DNA from: Eledone cirrhosa
Taxonomy: Eukaryota
Length of the DNA stretch: 64,000 nt
Direction: 5' to 3'
Assembly (NCBI GenBank): GCA_964016885.1
Contig: OZ024743.1
Coordinates: 173,352,001-173,416,000 of the forward strand
The notes beneath the pieces are model-generated. The model saw only the letters and a list, made by a program, of their open reading frames with translations, made no database searches and was not told the origin of the DNA. Below are positions 37,953 through 50,095 of the stretch, in pieces. Position 1 is the stretch's first letter, and every line of letters starts with the position of its first letter. The position numbers and the translations under genes were made by a program.

Positions 37953-38067
37953 AATATGGTTTTATAAATATAGTTTCCATTTGTTAATATCGTATTATTT
38001 GTTGAGTGCTTTATATCAGTTATAAAAATATTTGCTTGTTGTATCCCAACAATTTAAATAGAACTTT

Positions 38068-38119
<52 letters not shown>

Positions 38120-38409
38120 GATGATGAGGATATATGAACAAATAGTAGCAAGATTTTTTCAGTAGAAAATGCTGAAGAGATTCTTTCAGTATAATATCAA
38201 AACATTTATCTATTTATAAAGTGGATACTTCTGCATTTAATAATACTGGATTCAGCATTATAGGCTTTTTCAACTTCGGATATGCATAATGTAGTATATG
38301 TATATATGTCTATATATATATATCACATAAGAAACGGAGAATCAATGTTGCGACGAATTAGAATTTATTTGACATATTACAATCGCTCAAGGCACGATCG
38401 ATGCGATGA

Positions 38410-38582
38410 GCCCTCCCAGAGTTTGGTGGTGCTTGTTTCCTGTGGTTGTTTGCTGCTTGCTGTCCCAGCGCAGCTGCTACATATGAAGCCTACATTCTTA
38501 GTTAAACTTCCTGAGATCCCACTACATCTCTTGTGTACCCATTGTTTGCATTTGGGGTAGAGGATGGAGTTCCTACCTACAC
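38410..38582 (-). mobile_element. Small RTE LINE internal fragment (Cys/His finger region)
   Basis: Near-identical to 42310-42480. Confidence 0.8.
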
Positions 38583-40712
38583 AAGGCAGTGTGCAACATC
38601 GATTGAGAGCCATGCAGGATACCTGGTGGAGCCAAAAGGCTGATGAAATCCAGAAGGCCTCAGACAGACATGATACAAAGCTCTTATACAGTTTGCTCAG
38701 GGAAGTGTATGGTCCTACCAGTTCACAAATATTACCACTTTGCTCCAGGGACAGCAAGGAATTGCTCAGAGATCCGAAGGAAATCCTGATCAGGTGGCAT
38801 GACCACTTTGATGAGCTTCTCAACAGACCATCAGGAATTGATGAGTTCATCCGGTCAATTCCATCCAGACCTACAAAGCTGGCAATGGCTGATCCTCTTT
38901 CATTTGATGAGGTGGCGAAGTCCATTGCCAAATTAAACAGCAGCAAGTCACCTGGTATGGATGGACTGAGTGCCGAGATTTTCAAGTGTGCTGGTGATAA
39001 CTTCTTAAACCGCTTCACTGATCTCTTTGTGAATGTTTGGAATGAAGAAGATGTACCACAGGACTGGAAAGAGGCATTAATGGTGGTACTTTACAAAGGA
39101 AAGGAAGCCAAATATAACTGTGGCAACTATAGAGGTATCTCGCTGCTATCTGTGGCTGAGAAGATCTTGTGCAGGATTTTGTTGGACAGATTGATACAGC
39201 ACATTGCTGTTGAGGTACTTCCTGAGTCCCAATGTGGCTTTAGGAATGGCAGAGGCACCGTTGACATGATTTTCTCGGCCAAACAACTTCAAGAGAAATA
39301 CATTGAGCAGCATATGGACTTATGCCAAGTTTTTGTCGATCTGACCAAGGCATTTGACACCATTAATCGGAAGGCTTTGTGGGTTATTTTGGAGAAATTG
39401 GGCTGTCCTGAAAAGTTTGTGAACATTCTGAAACTCTTCCACGATAACATGCAGGCATAGGTGAATGTTGGAGGTAAACTGTCTGAGCCAATCTCGGTAG
39501 AAAATGGTGTCAAGGAGGGTGATATACCTGCACCAACTTTGTTTGCCTTGTATTTCGCAATGGTGCTCTGCATGGCCTTCAGGGATTGTCAACACGGTAT
39601 CTATCTCAAATATCGCACTTCCGGCAAGCTGTTTAACCTCAGGCGTCTCACTGCCAACACTAAGGTACCTTGATCAGAGAATTTTTATATGCAGATGATT
39701 GTGATCTCTTTGCACACTCCCAGAGTGACATGCAACACCTTATGAATTTTTTTTCAAATGCGTGCAGTGCTTTGGGACTGACAATCAGTCTGAAGAAGAC
39801 TGTCGTCATGTACCAACCTGCTCTGGATAAAGCTTTCAATGAACCCTCCATATATATATACGGTCAAAAGCTGAAGGCTGCTGACACATTTGTGTATTTC
39901 GGGAGTACTCTGAGTGTGGCTTGCTCTCTGGATGCAGAAGTTGGTCTACGTGTTAGTAAGGCAAGTGAGTCATTTGGAAGGCTCAACGACCGTCTTTGGT
40001 GCAGGCGAGGAATCAAAATGAGGAGCAAGGTGAGAGTGTATGCTGCATGTGTACTGTCAGCTTTTCTGTATGCATGTGAGACATGGGTTGCCTACAAACG
40101 GCATATCCACAGACTGGAACGGTTTCACCAGCAGTGTCTCAGAAAGATGCTTGGTATCAAGTGGCAGATGCATGTGAGTGATGTTGAGGTCCTTGCGAGA
40201 AGTGAGTGTCAGAGCATTGAGAGTATCATCCACCAACGGCATTTGCGATGGACTGGACACCTCTGCAGAATGGAGGATGATCGAATCCCAAAACAACTCT
40301 TGTATGGCGAGCTTTGTGAGGGTAAGAGACCACCTCACAAGCCAAGGCTCCGATTCAAGGATTGTGTAAAGGACTCATTGAAAAAGACTGGTTTGATGAT
40401 GGCTGATTGGGAGATAGAAGCTCTTGAAAGCGAAACTTCGCGTGGAATGGTAAATGATGGGGTCCATAATTTTGAGGACAGATACATAGAGCACGAGAAG
40501 ATCAAACGGGATGTGTGTAAGCAATGCCCTGGTGTATCTCTCAAAACGATCGGTGTGTCCATTGAATTGAAGTGTCCTGAGTGGAAAAATTTGCTTGAGC
40601 GTCAGTGTGTGAAGGAGTGCAAGTCTCTAGCAGGCTTGAAAAGCCATATCCGAGCGTCACACATCTGAATCTGACAAGCGATTGCAATACTCTTGGCAGA
40701 GTTTGCAGCCAT
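38583..40712 (+). mobile_element. 5'-truncated RTE LINE, BovB/RTE-1-like lineage
   Basis: NYRGISLLS, LPESQCGFR, FVDLTKAFD, FLYADD, RWTGHLCRM, RIPKQLLYGEL and a C-terminal C2H2-like GLKSHIRASH; contains a stop and a frameshift. Confidence 0.88.
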
Positions 40713-40735
40713 CATATATATATGTATATATATAT

Positions 40736-41040
40736 TTCGTTTCTGAATTTGTTTAGCAAGATTCTATATCTGAAAACGTTTTGTGCCTCTCCTTTGTTCT
40801 GTCCTACGCCATCTTGAAGATGGCGTAGGACAGACCTGAAGAGGTCACAGAATGTGTGACGAAAGAACTTTGACAATATATGAACAATCGTCCGGTTGTG
40901 GAACCAACCAACCGGAAATTTATAAATTAAAAAAAATTTTTTTTAAATTTATAATAAATTGGAGTGAAAGCAACTGGTGCATGTGTTTCTTATTGGCAAC
41001 ATGGCCCTCCCAAAGTATAACAATATCGGTTTCAACAAAT
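40736..41040. mobile_element. Rearranged PLE-A pLTR pieces joined through a palindrome (40799-40833); HHR core at 40836-40874
   Basis: ctgtcctacgccatcttgaagatggcgtaggacag switches the orientation of the pLTR. Confidence 0.75.
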
Positions 41041-41368
41041 TGATAAACACACACACTCTCTCATGTGTTTTCTTCTCTATATTATATTTGAAGAGCCCAG
41101 GATTTTTTTTCCTTTGAGCTCATGAATTACAAGGACTAATGCGAGTTTCTGACTCCGTTACTTCATTTTGATATATATATATATATATTTGAAAAAATGG
41201 AAAAGAATGACTTCACTTGTAGTGTTAAATAATTTGATTTAATTTCATAATATTATATTATCTATCAAATTATAATATTATATTATAAAATTAATTAAAA
41301 TTATTTAACACTACAAGTGAGGTCATTCTTTTCCTTTTTTTCAAATAAATGTATGAAGGATCTCACAC

Positions 41369-41402
<34 letters not shown>

Positions 41403-41404
<2 letters not shown>

Positions 41405-44400
41405 CATCATCATCATCATCATCACCGTTTTACGTCCGTTCTTCCACGCTAGCATGGGTTAGACGGGTTGTCCTGTTGTGGGCAGTGTCTGGTCGGCTGA
41501 CCATGCCTTGCTCATACAGGAACTGATCTGGCTTGATTTCTACAGCTGGATGCCCTTCCTAACACCAACCTCATTTACAGTGAGTGCTGGGTGCTTTTTC
41601 GTGGCGCCTACACGTCCACTTTACAGTGTGGGTTGGGTGCTTTTTTGCCGTGGCACCTCCACGACCACCTTGCGGTGGGGGGAGTGGGGGCATATTGTTT
41701 ATATGCTTCAGCATGTACCCATGGGAGGTCGGGTACCCTGTATTACTGCGTGACGCCAGAAGTCACGGTTGTGTGTCATTTACTTTGAGAGGTGTAGTTG
41801 GGTAAGGTCGGCTTTTATCACCTCATCCCAAGTCATCTTGGGTCTCCCCACTCCGCGGTTTCCATCAACTTCTAGTGCTCTGCACCTTTTTATGCAGCTG
41901 TCATCCTTCATACGCATCACATGTCCATACCAGCATAACCGCCTCTCCTGCACGCAGCATTTGATTCCTCTTATGCTCAGTCTCTCTCTCAATTCCTTTA
42001 TGCTTTGTCGTTCACGTATATTACTGTTACACATCCATCGGAGCATGCAGGCTTCGTTTCTCTCTAATCTACGTAAGTCTTCCACCTTCAGCGCCCAGGT
42101 CTCACTACCATGCAACATCGCTGTTCGGATACACGCATCATACAGTCTGCCTTTCATTCTGAGGGAGAAGCCTTTTGCAGCTAGCAGTGGTAGTAGTTCC
42201 CTAAACTTCTTCCATCCCGTTCTTACCCTAGTTATTGTACTTTCTGAGCACCCACCTCCGTTGCTAATTCGGTCACCTAGGTAGCAGAAGCTGTCTACTG
42301 TTTCTACAGGGCCCTCCCAGAGATTGGTGGTACTTGTTTCCTGTGGCTGTTTGCTTGCTGTTTCAGCACAGCTGCTGCATGTGAATCCTACATTCTTAAT
42401 TAAGCTTCCTGAGATCCCGCTACATCTCTTGTGTACCCATTGTTTGCATTTGGGGCAGAGAATGGAGTTCCTACCTACACCTTTCCTACATACTGAGCAA
42501 GGCCATTTCCCTGAGGGGATCTGGGTTCTGTTTTCTCGTCTACTTATAAGGACGTTAGTCTTTGTCATGTTGACTTTGAGGCCCTTTCTCTCTAGTCCCT
42601 GCTTCCAGGTTTGGAATTTATTCTCTAGTTCTACCATAGATTCAGCTATGAGTGCGAGGTCATCAGCATATAGGAGTTCCCATGGGCATCCGGTCTTAAA
42701 CTCCTCCGTTATTGCCTGCAGGACTATGATGAACAGGAGAGGGCTAAGAACAGAGCCCTGGTGGACCCCAACCTGTACGCTAAATTCCTCGCTATACTCA
42801 TTGCTAATCCTAACTTTGCTGACTGCTCCCCTATACATGGCTTGTACCGCTTTCACAAGCCATTCATCTACTCCTAGTTTTCTAAGAGCCCACCAGATTA
42901 CTGCACGTGGAACTCTGTCAAAGGCTTTCCCAAGGTCGACAAATGCCAAGTAGAGTGGCTTACTTTTAGCTAGGTACTTTTCCTGTAATTGCCTCACAAG
43001 GAAGAGGGCATCAATGGTGCCTTTCCCTGGTACAAACCCAAATTGCATCTCTATATTCACCCGGTCCCTAATCAGCTGTGCTATAACTCTTTCTGTTACT
43101 TTCATGACCTGGTCCATCAACTTTATACCTCTATAGTTTCCTCTATCTAGTGCATCGCCTTTACCTTTGTAGCAGTTGACAATGATGCTACTGCACCAAT
43201 CTTTTGGTATGGCCCCCTCTAGTATTACCTGGTTAACGATACGTGTGGTTATAGTGTGACCTACAGACCCAGATGCCTTCAGCATCTCGGCAGCTATACC
43301 CGATGGACCGGTTGCCTTCCCTATCTTCATATCTCTGATTGCCTTACTTACTACGCTGCCGCTGACTTGTACTGCTGGTCCCTCTATAGAGTCTACGTGG
43401 GGTAGGGTCTCTTCTTCCCATGCATTCTCCTCATTTAGTAATCTATCATAATGACTCTTCCATGCATCTTTCTTCTCAGCACTTGTGAGGGCAAGCTCAC
43501 CTTTATCATTCCGGATACACTTCTCTCCAATGACATCACAACTATCTCTGACACACTGCCTCGCAATCTTGAATACCTCCTGTTTCTGGTCCTCACGTAA
43601 AACATGCTTGAATTTTCTATCCTCTGCTTCCCTCCTAGCTAAGTATACTTGTCGCCTAGCTTCCCTCTTGGTCTCTATGTAATGTACCCTGCTCCCCCCG
43701 TTCTTCCATTCTTTCCATGCCTGTCTCTTGGCCTTGACTGCTTCATCTACCTTATTGTTCCACCACCAAGTCACTCTCCTCCTGTTTGAGGTCTTACTCC
43801 AGCCACAAACCTCATCCGTCGCCTCTAGTAAGTTATTTTTTAGGAACTCCCAGTTCTCTTCTACGTTAAATGTCTCTATCTGTTCTTCTTTACTGTCGTA
43901 GGCGTTGAGTAAAATATCTTTAAATCTGTTACTGGTTGAGGGGACTTTCAGCTTCCAGATCTTTCTTCTCCAGGTTGGCCTCTGTTTCAGGGCTCGTCTA
44001 GTTCTGACCGTGAGGTCGCTGACAACTAAGCTATGTTGGGATGTACATTCCTCACTAGGGAAGGCTTTTGTGTTTACGACCGTCCATCTGTCACGTCCTC
44101 TGATGAGGATAAAATCTAACTGACTAGAGTGCTCCCCTGATCTATAGGTGATCAGGTGGTTGTCGGGTTTTTTAAAGTTTGTGTTACATATCGACATGTC
44201 ATTGGCGTCGCAGAATTCTAGAAGTCTGAATCCTTCCTCATTCCTTGTGCCAACTCCATGGCCTCCATGTACTCTATTGAAGCCGTCGCAGTGTTTACCT
44301 ACGTGTCCGTTAAAATCTCCTGCAATGATTAGGAAGTCCTTGTCGTCTGTTAGAGCAGTAGTGTGTATTAGGGACTCGTAAAACCTATCCTTAAGTTCGT

Positions 44401-44868
44401 CTGGCAGCCCCGATTGGGGTGCGTAAGCTGATATTATTGTGGTAATTGTCTTATTCAGGACTAGTCTGAGTTTAATGATTCTTGCATTTACCCTGTACAC
44501 TGAGATTACTTTATCTACCCACTTGTCAGCTAATAGTATACCTACACCACCCATCCCATCGTCATTTCCCACCCAGAAAAATTTGTAGCACTGGCTTTTT
44601 CCTACAAGGACTCTAGCAGACCCTCCTCTCCATCTAGTCTCTTGCACACAGCATACATCAACTTCCTTTCGCTCTAGCATTTCTACGATTTCTCCTGCTC
44701 TTCCTTTCATTGAGCCTACATTGATGGTACCAACTCGGAGTTTTGGGCATTTGTCGACACTCGTAGGGGAGGGTCTCTGGGTTGGCGCTTCACGTGGGTG
44801 CTTGGTAGCTTGCAGATTCATATTTCATCTATTGATTCAGAGTTGCTCAAATGTATTCTCAGCTCATC
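41403..44868 (-). mobile_element. Near full-length RTE-clade LINE
   Basis: Single APE-RT ORF, 3' UTR and (GAT)n tail at 41403-41423; (TA)n on both flanks. Confidence 0.92.
41780..44821 (-). CDS. RTE LINE polyprotein (APE endonuclease, reverse transcriptase, Cys/His finger insert), 1013 aa
   Basis: TINVG, VQETRW, SAYAPQ, GDFNGH, QLDFI, YRGIKL, GVHQGSVLSP, LLYADD, CSVC..CPKC..HKRC..CSSC, WYGHVMR. Confidence 0.9.
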   Translation of the reverse strand: MNLQATKHPREAPTQRPSPTSVDKCPKLRVGTINVGSMKGRAGEIVEMLERKEVDVCCVQETRWRGGSARVLVGKSQCYKFFWVGNDDGMGGVGILLADKWVDKVISVYRVNARIIKLRLVLNKTITTIISAYAPQSGLPDELKDRFYESLIHTTALTDDKDFLIIAGDFNGHVGKHCDGFNRVHGGHGVGTRNEEGFRLLEFCDANDMSICNTNFKKPDNHLITYRSGEHSSQLDFILIRGRDRWTVVNTKAFPSEECTSQHSLVVSDLTVRTRRALKQRPTWRRKIWKLKVPSTSNRFKDILLNAYDSKEEQIETFNVEENWEFLKNNLLEATDEVCGWSKTSNRRRVTWWWNNKVDEAVKAKRQAWKEWKNGGSRVHYIETKREARRQVYLARREAEDRKFKHVLREDQKQEVFKIARQCVRDSCDVIGEKCIRNDKGELALTSAEKKDAWKSHYDRLLNEENAWEEETLPHVDSIEGPAVQVSGSVVSKAIRDMKIGKATGPSGIAAEMLKASGSVGHTITTRIVNQVILEGAIPKDWCSSIIVNCYKGKGDALDRGNYRGIKLMDQVMKVTERVIAQLIRDRVNIEMQFGFVPGKGTIDALFLVRQLQEKYLAKSKPLYLAFVDLGKAFDRVPRAVIWWALRKLGVDEWLVKAVQAMYRGAVSKVRISNEYSEEFSVQVGVHQGSVLSPLLFIIVLQAITEEFKTGCPWELLYADDLALIAESMVELENKFQTWKQGLERKGLKVNMTKTNVLISRRENRTQIPSGKWPCSVCRKGVGRNSILCPKCKQWVHKRCSGISGSLIKNVGFTCSSCAETASKQPQETSTTNLWEGPVETVDSFCYLGDRISNGGGCSESTITRVRTGWKKFRELLPLLAAKGFSLRMKGRLYDACIRTAMLHGSETWALKVEDLRRLERNEACMLRWMCNSNIRERQSIKELRERLSIRGIKCCVQERRLCWYGHVMRMKDDSCIKRCRALEVDGNRGVGRPKMTWDEVIKADLTQLHLSK

Positions 44869-45020
44869 TATATATATATATATATATATATAGTTAGAGA
44901 AGCAAAAATTGCTTATTGTGATCCAGTTCTTGGTTAAGAAAGCCAGTTTCATGGATGGTTTCAACGTACGGTTAGGGGTAACTCCACAAGTTTGTAAGAA
45001 TTCCGTTCAATCTTGGAGTA

Positions 45021-45158
45021 TAAAGTATAAAAGAGAAAACACAGGTAAGCATTAAGAGAAGGATTTTATCCTTTTATCCAGGTATTTACGACCGTTTCAT
45101 TGGTAAGTGCAACCTTATATTGCTATACTGCAAATAGCAGCCACTCAATTATAATTGT
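45021..45158. repeat. ~135-bp repeat with an inverted partner at 49780-49907 (probable PLE pLTR remnant interrupted by the RTE)
   Basis: Reverse-complement match; contains GAAAC-ggtc-GTA, an HHR 3'-half-like motif. Confidence 0.7.
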
Positions 45159-45491
45159 TGTTCACAGTCCAAATTTTCAAAATAGTGAGTAAGTTACTCT
45201 TGAAATAATTCTTAATATATAGAGAAAAACATTTATTTGGAATTGTATTTACTAGTATAGAGAGAGAGGAATCAGAAGGTGAGGGGACAAACGGTATAGT
45301 ATAGAGAGAGAGGAAGGGGGAAGAGGTAGGAAGTAGAGTGACAAACTGAGATGGAGGGAGGGGTAGAGGTGGAAGGATTCTTTGGTCAGTTTTGATATAT
45401 AGACTTCATGTCTTGGAGTGTAGTGAGTTAAAGAGAATTAAATTGATCATAGTGGGAGGGAGAGAGAGAGGGGGGAGATATAAAGAGATAA

Positions 45492-48400
45492 ATCATCATC
45501 ATCATCATCATCGTTTAACGTCCATATTCCACGCTTGCATGGGTTTGGACGGGAGTTTTCCCACTTGAGGCAAGAGTGGTTGTCTTGCTCGCATAGGACT
45601 GTCTGGTGGGTTTTCTACAGATGGATGCCCTTCCTAACACCAACCACCGTGTTACCTACACGGCCACATTACTGCGTGGACTGTGTGTTTTTTTGTCGTG
45701 ACACCTACACGACCTCATTTGTTTCGGCCTGGATGTTGTGGTACCAACATAACTTTACATTGAAAGGGGCGATGTGGATGGGGTGGGGTAGTGGGACGGG
45801 GATATATTTTGTTAGAGGTGCCTACTGACTAGTAGGTTTTACTTTGTATTTAGGTAAGGCAGGTCTTCTCTATTACTGAGTACCGCCAAATATCTCGGTC
45901 CAGTGACATTGTCTTGGAGAGGTGTAAGTGTGTGAGGTCGGAATTTATCAAGTCGTCCCAGGTTTTTCTGGGTCTGCCTACTCCGTGGCTACCGTCTATT
46001 TTTATTGCCCTGCACTTTTTTTATGCAGCTGTCGTCTTTCATGCGCATCACGTGACCATACCAACGTAGCCTTCTCTCGAGTAAACAACATCTGATCCCT
46101 CTTATTTCTAATTTTTCCCTTAGTTCGTTAATGCTTTGCCGTTCACGTATATTACTATTACACATCCAGTGGAGCATGCAAGCTTCGTTCCTCTTTAGTC
46201 TGCGTATATCCTCTGCACACAATGCCCAGGTCTCACTGCCATGCAACATTGCTGTTTGTATGCAGGCATCATACAGCCTGCCTTTCATTTTTAGGGAGAA
46301 CCCTTTAGCGGCTAATAGTGGTATAAGTTCTCTGAACTTTTTCCATCCAGTTCTGACTCTAGCTACTGTACTTTCAGAGCACCCTCCCCCACTGCTGATT
46401 TTGTCACCCAGGTAATGGAAGCTGTCCACTATTTCTATAGAACTTTCTGTGCAATTGAAAGAGCTAGTATTTGTGGGCACTTGCTGCTACTTATTGCACC
46501 AGAGCACCGGCCACATGTAAAATCTATGTTCTTAGTTAGCTTACCTGTGATCCCACTACATCTTTTATGCACCCATACTTTGCATTTGGGACATAAAATG
46601 GAGTTTCTACCTACTCCTTTCCTACACACTGAGCAGGGCCATTTCCCGGAAGGGACCGGCGCCCTATTTTCTTTCCTACAAACTAGAACTTTAGTCTTAG
46701 CCAGGTTAATTTTAAGGCCTTTTGATTCTAGGCCGTGCTTCCATGTTTGGAATTTCTTCTCTAGCTTGGCCATTGATTCAGCTATGAGCGTTGGATCATC
46801 TGCGTATAGGAGTTCCCATTAGCAGCCGGTCTTGAACTCCACTGTTATAGCCTGAAGGGCAATAATAAATAGTAGGGGGCTAAGAACGGAGCCCTGATGA
46901 ATACCAACTTTTACGCTAAACTCTTCACTATATTCGTTGTTAATTCTTATCTTTATAGATGGCTTGTATAGCTCTCACAAGCCATTCATCAACACCTAGT
47001 TATCTAAGAGCCCACCAGATAATGGCACGGGGGACTCTGTCGAAGGCTTTCTCCAAGTCAACAAAAGCTAAGTATAGGGGTTTACTTTTAGCTAGGTACT
47101 TCTCCTGTAGTTGTCGTACAATGAAAAGAGCGTCTGTGGTACTTTTGCCTGACACAAACCCGAACTGCATTTCATATAGATCAATTCTCTCTCTGATTAG
47201 TTGCGCTATTACTTTTTCTGTGACCTTCATGACCTGGTCGATTAATTTAATGCCTCTATAGTTACTCCTATCTAGGGCATCTCCTTTACCCTTGTAACAG
47301 TTAATGATGATGCTGCTACACCAGTCCTTCGGAACAACCCCATTCTGTATGACTTGGTTTACTATCCGGGTGACCATGGTGTGTCCCACTGTTCCAGAGA
47401 CTTTCAGCATCTCAGCAACTATTTCCGAAGGCCCAGCCGCCTTACCCGTCTTCATATCTTTGATTGCCTTACTTATTATACTACCTTCGACTAACACTGC
47501 TGGTCCCTCTATTGGGTCGATGTGGGGGAGACTGTCTTTCTCCCATTTATTCTCATTTAGTAGCCTTTCGTAGTGACACTTCCAAGTTACCTTCTTATCA
47601 GCGTCAGTGATGGCAAGTACACCATCATCATTACGTATACACTTCTCCCCGACAATATCACGGTTTTCCTTGACACATTTCCTAGCAATCCTGAACACCT
47701 CACGTTTTTGGTCCTCGCGTTGTAGAACATGCTTGAATTTTCTTTCCTCTGCTTCCCTTCTTGCGAAGTACACTTGTCTTCTAGCTTCCCTCCTGGCCAC
47801 TTGATAGTCTTCTCTACTTCCCCATCCCGCGATATATTCCAAGCCTGCTTTTTGGCCTTAATTGACTCCTCCACCTTACTGTTCCACCACCATGTTACTC
47901 TCCTCCTGCCTATAGGCCTGCTCCAGCCACAGACTTCGTCTGCCGCCATCAGCAGGTTTACTTTCAGGAATTCCCACTGTTCCTCTATATTGTACGACTC
48001 TAAATGCTCTTCCTTACTGTCGAAAGCATCAAGTAATATACTTTTAAATTTATTTCTTAGCTTCCATATTTTTCTCCTGAGGATAGTCCTCTTCTGCTGT
48101 CGAGTACGTCTTGTCCTGACTATGAGTTCGCTAATTATGAATCTATGTTGGGAGGTGCATTCTTCATGAGGGAGGGATTTAGTGTTTACAACAGACACTC
48201 TGTCACGTTTTCTGGTATGGATATAATCTACCTGGCTGGTATGTTCCCCTGATCTGTAGGTGATCAAGTGATTGTCTCCTTTTTTTAAGTTAGTGTTACA
48301 GATAGTTAGGTTATTTGCGTCACAGAATTCCAGGATTCTGGAGCCTTCCTCATTTCTAGTACCCAACTCATAGCCTCCGTGGATTCCATCATAGCCGTCA

Positions 48401-49080
48401 CAATGTTGTCCAACATGACCATTTAGGTCACCAGCAATAATTATATAGTCATTGTCGGTTATTTGGGAGGTAGTGAGCATCAGTGTCTCATAGAAACTGT
48501 CTTTTATAGCGCCAGGCAGTCTGGATTGGGGCGCGTACGCAGATATTACCGTCACAGTAGTTCTATTTAGAACAAGTCTTATTTTAATTATTGTGTTATT
48601 ATTTTAATTATTATCTTATCCACCCATTTTTCTGCTAACACGATTCCTACCCCACCCAGCCCATTGTCATTTCCCACCCAGAAAAGCTTATAGCATCGTT
48701 TTTTACCCACAATGAATCTAGCAGACCCGCCCCTCCACCTGGTCTTTTGGATACAGCAAACATCAACCTCCTTACGTTCAAGCATTTCTACAACCTCGTT
48801 AGAGCGGCCTTTTAAGGTGCCTACATTCATGGTACCAACTCTGAAGTTTTGGATTGCGTTTGGTGGGTGGGGCGCAGGGAGGGGTGAGGTGGATGGGGTT
48901 GGGGTTATGTTGGCCATCCGCGGCCGCAACAAAGAGGGGGGGGGGGGGTCTTGCCTTTTTGTCCGGCAGCATGAGGTGAATTTGTCGTTATCTCTGGCAT
49001 TGTCTTCGGGTGTCCAGATTCTTCAAACTCTCCAGAAATTCCTTAGTTCATCCATCATATCGAAAAGCAACCAGAATTGA
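45492..49080 (-). mobile_element. Near full-length, frameshifted RTE LINE (same subfamily as 7556-9800)
   Basis: ORFs 48588-48932, 47587-48555, 47000-47842, 46435-46773 and 45989-46480 are collinear with the 1013-aa ORF; (GAT)n tail. Confidence 0.9.
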
Positions 49081-49916
49081 TAGCATAGGCCGTTGACTTG
49101 TGATTGGTCCAAATAATAAGGTGGAGAGTGGGGGTGTGGTATGGGGTAGTTTGCTAGGAGCAGGCTTATTTATATTTGCTGCGTAGGGAGTGAGAGAGCT
49201 ACGTATATGATAGAGAGAGAGTGAGGGTGAAAGCGATTTTAGCGGGCCGAGAGAGAGAGAGGCCATTTCTATGAATCCTGGAAAAATTTTTCGGCCAAAA
49301 TGGTAGCGAGAAGATTATTTAGAACAACGTGGAGAAGATTTTTAGAACAGTGAGACAGAATTATAGAAAGACAATTATGAATAAGATTTTGATTCTGGGA
49401 GATTATAGATATATGGATGAATGAACCTAAGGGTGGGGAGTTAAGAAGAAAATGTTATTTGTACGTTACATTTCTTAGAAGCAGACTGACCATCAATAAT
49501 AGTTGACAAATTCTGAGTTTTGTCCCCCATAACAGGCTTATTTATATTTGGTGCGTAGGGAGTGAGAGAGTGACGTATATGATAGAGAGAGAGTGAGGGT
49601 GAAAGCGATTTTAGTGGGCCGAGAGAGAGAGAGGCCATTTCTATGAATCCTGGAAAAAATATATATATATTAAAAAAATAAAGATAAAGATAATAATGAC
49701 AAAAATAAAAGCAAAGAAGGGGGTGAGAAAGAAGAAAAGAAGAAAAGAAAAGATAGCCAAGAAGGGAAGGGAAGGAATGAACAATTATAATTGAGTGGCT
49801 GCTATTTGCAGTATAGCAATATAAGGTTGCATTTACCAATGAAACGGTCGTAAATACCTGGATAAAATCCTTCTCTTAATGCTTACCTGTGTTTTCTCTT
49901 TTATACTATATATATG

Positions 49917-50018
<102 letters not shown>

Positions 50019-50095
50019 TTATTTTATTTTATATATATATATGTATGTATATATATATATACATATATATATGTACATATATATATGTATATATA

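Larger units (their letters stand above)
34950..37995 (+). mobile_element. 5'-truncated Hydra-clade-like PLE flanked by ~640-bp inverted pLTRs, each with a hammerhead
   Basis: 34950-35590 is the reverse complement of about 37335-37995. The inner 35700-36387 encodes ILWFAPPFS, CNCRNKSNCPLNNNCL, YVGSTSTEFKSRFNNH, CDLCIEEK and FSCCRH. Confidence 0.85.
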
